Shown here: piece after piece, positions 60,662 to 64,000 of the stretch | Layout of the letters: each line of letters starts with the position of its first letter | Numbering within the stretch: position 1 is the first letter of the stretch | Assembly (NCBI GenBank): GCA_030390025.1 | Contig: CM059431.1 | Location: 153,266,001 to 153,330,000 of the forward strand | Direction: 5' to 3' | From: Squalus acanthias | Taxonomy: Eukaryota | Length of the DNA: 64,000 nt | Program-made: the position numbers and the translations under genes | The notes under the pieces: model-generated | The model's database searches: none | Told to the model about the DNA's origin: nothing | Seen by the model: only the letters and a program-made list of their open reading frames with translations

Positions 60662-63197
60662 AGAAGCATAGAAGCATAGAAGATTGGAGCAGTAGTGGGC
60701 CATTCGGCCCCTCGAGCCTGCCCCGCCATTCATTGCAATCATTGTTGATCATCCAAGCTCAGTACGCTGTCCCTGCTTTCTCCCCATATCCCTTGATCCC
60801 CTTAGCCTTAAGAAATATATCTAACTCCTTCTTGAATATATTTAATGAATTGGACTCAACTGTATTCTGTGGTAGAGAATTCCACAAGTTCACCACGATC
60901 TGGGTGAAGAAATTCCTCCTAATCTCAGTCCTAAATGGCTTACCCCTTATCGTTAGACTGTGACCCTTGGTTCTGGACTTCCCCACCATCGGGAAGATCC
61001 TTCCTGCATCTAGTCTTTCAAGTCCTGTTAGAATTTTATAAGTTTCAATGAGATCCCCTCTCATTCGTCTAAACTCTAGCGAATACTAGCCCAATCGAGC
61101 CAATCTCTCTTCATACGTCATTCCTGCCATCCCAGGTATCAGTCTGGTGAATCGTCGCTGCACTCTCTCCAGGGCAAGAACTTCCTTCTTCAGATAAGGC
61201 GACCAAAACTGCACACAATACTCAAGGTGTGGTCTCACCAAGGCCCTGTACAACTGCAGCAAGACATCCTTGCTCCTGTACTCGAATCCTCTCGCTATGA
61301 AGGCCAACAAACCATTTGCCTTCTTAACCGCGTGCTGCACCTGCATGCTTACCATCAGCGGCTGGTGCACAAAGACACCCAGCTCTCGTTGCACTACCCC
61401 TTTTCCCAATCTATTGCCGTTTAGATAATAATCTGCCTTCCTGTTTTTGACACCAAAGTGGATAACCTCGCTTTTGTCCACATTATACTGCATTTGCCAT
61501 CCTGTCCAAAATCACCCAACCTGTCCAAATCATACTGGAGTTTCTCTGCATCCTCCTCACAGCACACACGCCCACCCAGCTTTGTGTCGTCTGCAAACTT
61601 GGAGATATTACATCTAGTTCCCTCGTCTAGATCATTAATATATATTTTTAATAACTGGGGTCCTGGCACCGATCCCTGCGGTACCCCACTAATCACTGCC
61701 TGCCACTCAGATAAAGACCCGTTTATTCCAACTCTTTGCTCCTGTCTGCAAAACAGGTTTCTATCCAAGACAGTACCTTACCCCCAATCCTGTGTGCTTT
61801 AACTTTGCACTCTAATCTCTTATGCGGGACCTTATCGAAAGCCTTCTGAAAGTCCAAATACACCACATCCACTGGTTCTCCCTTATCTATTCTATCAGTT
61901 ACATCCTCAAAAAAATCCAGTAGATTAGCCAAGTATGATTTACCTTTTGTAGATCCATATTGGAATTATCCGATCCTGTCACTCTTTTCCAAGTGCTCTG
62001 CTATTACATCTTTTATAATGGACTCTAGCATTTTCCCCACTACCGATGTCAGGCTTACTATAATTACTATAATTCCCCATTTTCTCTCTACCACCTTTTT
62101 TAAATAGTCGAGTTACATTAGCTAACCTCCAATCCATGGGAACTGTTCCAGAGTCAATAGAATTTTTGAAGATGATCAGCAATGCATCTACTATTTCGAG
62201 GGCCACTTCCTTAAGTTCCCTAGGATGCAGATTATCAGGCCCTAGGGATTTATTGACCTTCAATTCCATCAATTTCCCTAACACCATTTCCCTACAAATA
62301 CTGATTTCATTCAGTTCCTGCCTCTCATTAGACCCTATGTCCCCAAACATCTCTCGGAGGTTATTTGTGTCCTCCTTTCTGAAAACAGAACCAAAGTATG
62401 TATTAAATTGGTTTGCCATTTGTTTGTTCCCCATTATAAATTCCCCTGATTCTGACTGCAAGGGACCTATGCTTGACTTCAACAATGTTTTTTCTCTTCA
62501 CATATCTATAGAAGCTTTTACAATCAGTTTTTATGTTCCTGCAAGCTTACTTTAAAATCTATTTTCCCCTTCTTAATTAATCCCTTTGTCCTCATGTGCT
62601 GAATACTAAACTGCTCCCAATCCTCAGTTTTGGTGCTTTTTCTGGCCAATTTATATGTCCTCTCCTTTGGATCTTATGCTATCCCAAATTTCCCTTGTTA
62701 GCCACGTTTGAGTCACCTTTTTTGTTTTATTTTTATGCCAACAGGGATAAACACATTCTGCAGTTCATCCCTGCAATCTTTAAATGTTTGCCATTGCCTA
62801 TCCACCGTCAACCCTTTAAGTAACGTTTCCCAATCCATCCTAGCCAACTCGCGCCTCATACCATCGTAGTTTCCTTTATTTAATTTCAGGACCCTAGTCT
62901 CTGAGTCAACTACTTCACTCTCCATCTTAATGAAGAATTCTATCATATTATGATCGCTCCTCCCCAAGGGGCCTCGCACAACAAGATTGCGAATTAATCC
63001 TTTCTCATTACATAATACCCAGTCTAAGATGGCCTGATTTCTATTTGGTTCATCGACACATTGCTCCAGGAAACCATCCTGTATACAGTCTAGGAATTCC
63101 TCGTCCACAGTATTGTTGCTAATTTGGTTAGCCCAATCTATATGTGGATTAAATGCACCAATGATAACTGCTGTGCCCTTATTGCACGCGTCTCTAA
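60662..63197 (-). mobile_element. 5'-truncated, frameshifted CR1 (same subfamily as the 14.3-20.9 kb block)
   Basis: EN end (GRSDHNM), RT fragments, GYGEKAGTAY and tail atagaagcatagaagcatagaa. Confidence 0.93.
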
Positions 63198-64000
63198 TGA
63201 TGGTATGACTTTCTCTTTAAAATATGTCCCTGATGATGAGACACCCTCTTTAAAATGTGTCCCTGATGGTGAGACACACTCTTTAAAAGGGATCCCTGAT
63301 GGTGAGACTCCCTCTTTTAAAGGGGTTCCTGATGGGGAGACTCCCTCTTTAAAAGTGGTCCCTGATGGAGAGTCTCTCTGTTTAAAAGGTTTCCCTGATG
63401 GAGACACTCCCTCTTTAAAAGTGGTCCCTGATGGTGAAACTCTCTCTTTAAAAAGTGTTTCTAATATGGAGATTCTCTTTAAAAGTGGTCTTTGATAGAA
63501 AGACTCCCTCTTTAAATGTATTCCTTAATTGAAAGACTCTCTCTTTAAAATGGATCCCCGAGATGAGACTCCTTTTTTTAACCTACCCCCTGACCGAAAG
63601 ACTGCTTCTTTAAAAGTGTCTCTGATGGTGAAACCCTCTCTGTAAAAGTTGTCCCTGATTGTGATGCTCTCTCTTTAGAAGGAATCCCTGATAGTGAGGC
63701 TCACTCTTTTAAAGTTATCGCTGATGGTGAGACTCACTCTTTAAAAGTGGTCGCTGATGGCGTGACACTCTGTTTAAAAGGGGTCACTGATGGTGAGACT
63801 CCCTCTTAAAAAATGGTCCCTGATGGTGAGACTCCCTCTATAAAAGTGATCCCTGATGGATACTTTCCCTCTTTAAAAGCGGATCCCGCTGGAGAGACTC
63901 TCTCATTAAATGGGTATCCTGACGGTATTACACCATCTTTCAAGGTGTCCCTGATGGGGAGACACCCTCTTTAAAAGTTTTCCCTGATGCAGGCATTCCC

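Larger units (their letters stand above)
57752..64000. repeat. 33-bp tandem satellite (CTCTTTAAAAGTGGTCCCTGATGGTGAGACTCC) at 57752-57909, 60254-60661 and 63198-64000, interrupted by two CR1s
   Basis: Directly visible units; they translate as 11-aa repeats such as PDGETPSLKVV. Confidence 0.95.

Noticed and set aside
63124..63495. Repeat protein (PDGETPSLKVV)n
   Set aside because: The 33-bp unit is a multiple of 3, so it stays open by chance on both strands; neighbouring units carry stops and indels, and the array is interrupted by LINEs.

Overview
Vertebrate nuclear DNA, very likely from a cartilaginous fish (inferred from the CR1, Deu-domain SINE, V-SINE and Penelope repeats and the GPR139-like receptor type). 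Most of the window is transposable elements. There are about 20 CR1 LINE copies or fragments, including two near full-length elements with an SGNH-esterase ORF1 (5581-10200 minus, ~27600-32160 plus), and several nested insertions. Other repeats include tRNA/Deu-domain SINEs, palindromic Harbinger-like MITEs, an L2 3' end, a Penelope fragment with a minimal hammerhead motif, a 4-kb 25-bp satellite and a 33-bp satellite. There is a 689-N assembly gap. Two host-gene features stand out. One is an intact two-exon GPR139-like class A GPCR (39222-39291 joined to 41396-42297, 323 aa). The other is the terminal exon of an intron-containing core-2/I-branching beta-1,6-GlcNAc transferase (GCNT-like; 25370-24777 minus) with an in-frame TGA. 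A degenerate tRNA-Thr lies at 1956-2028. I found no clearly new multi-gene system. The most unusual signals are the CR1 UTR architecture, the intronic hammerhead, the GCNT exon and an 8-bp direct repeat bracketing a CR1/MITE composite. Repeat boundaries were read by eye and are approximate; family names come from recalled consensus features, not from a search.
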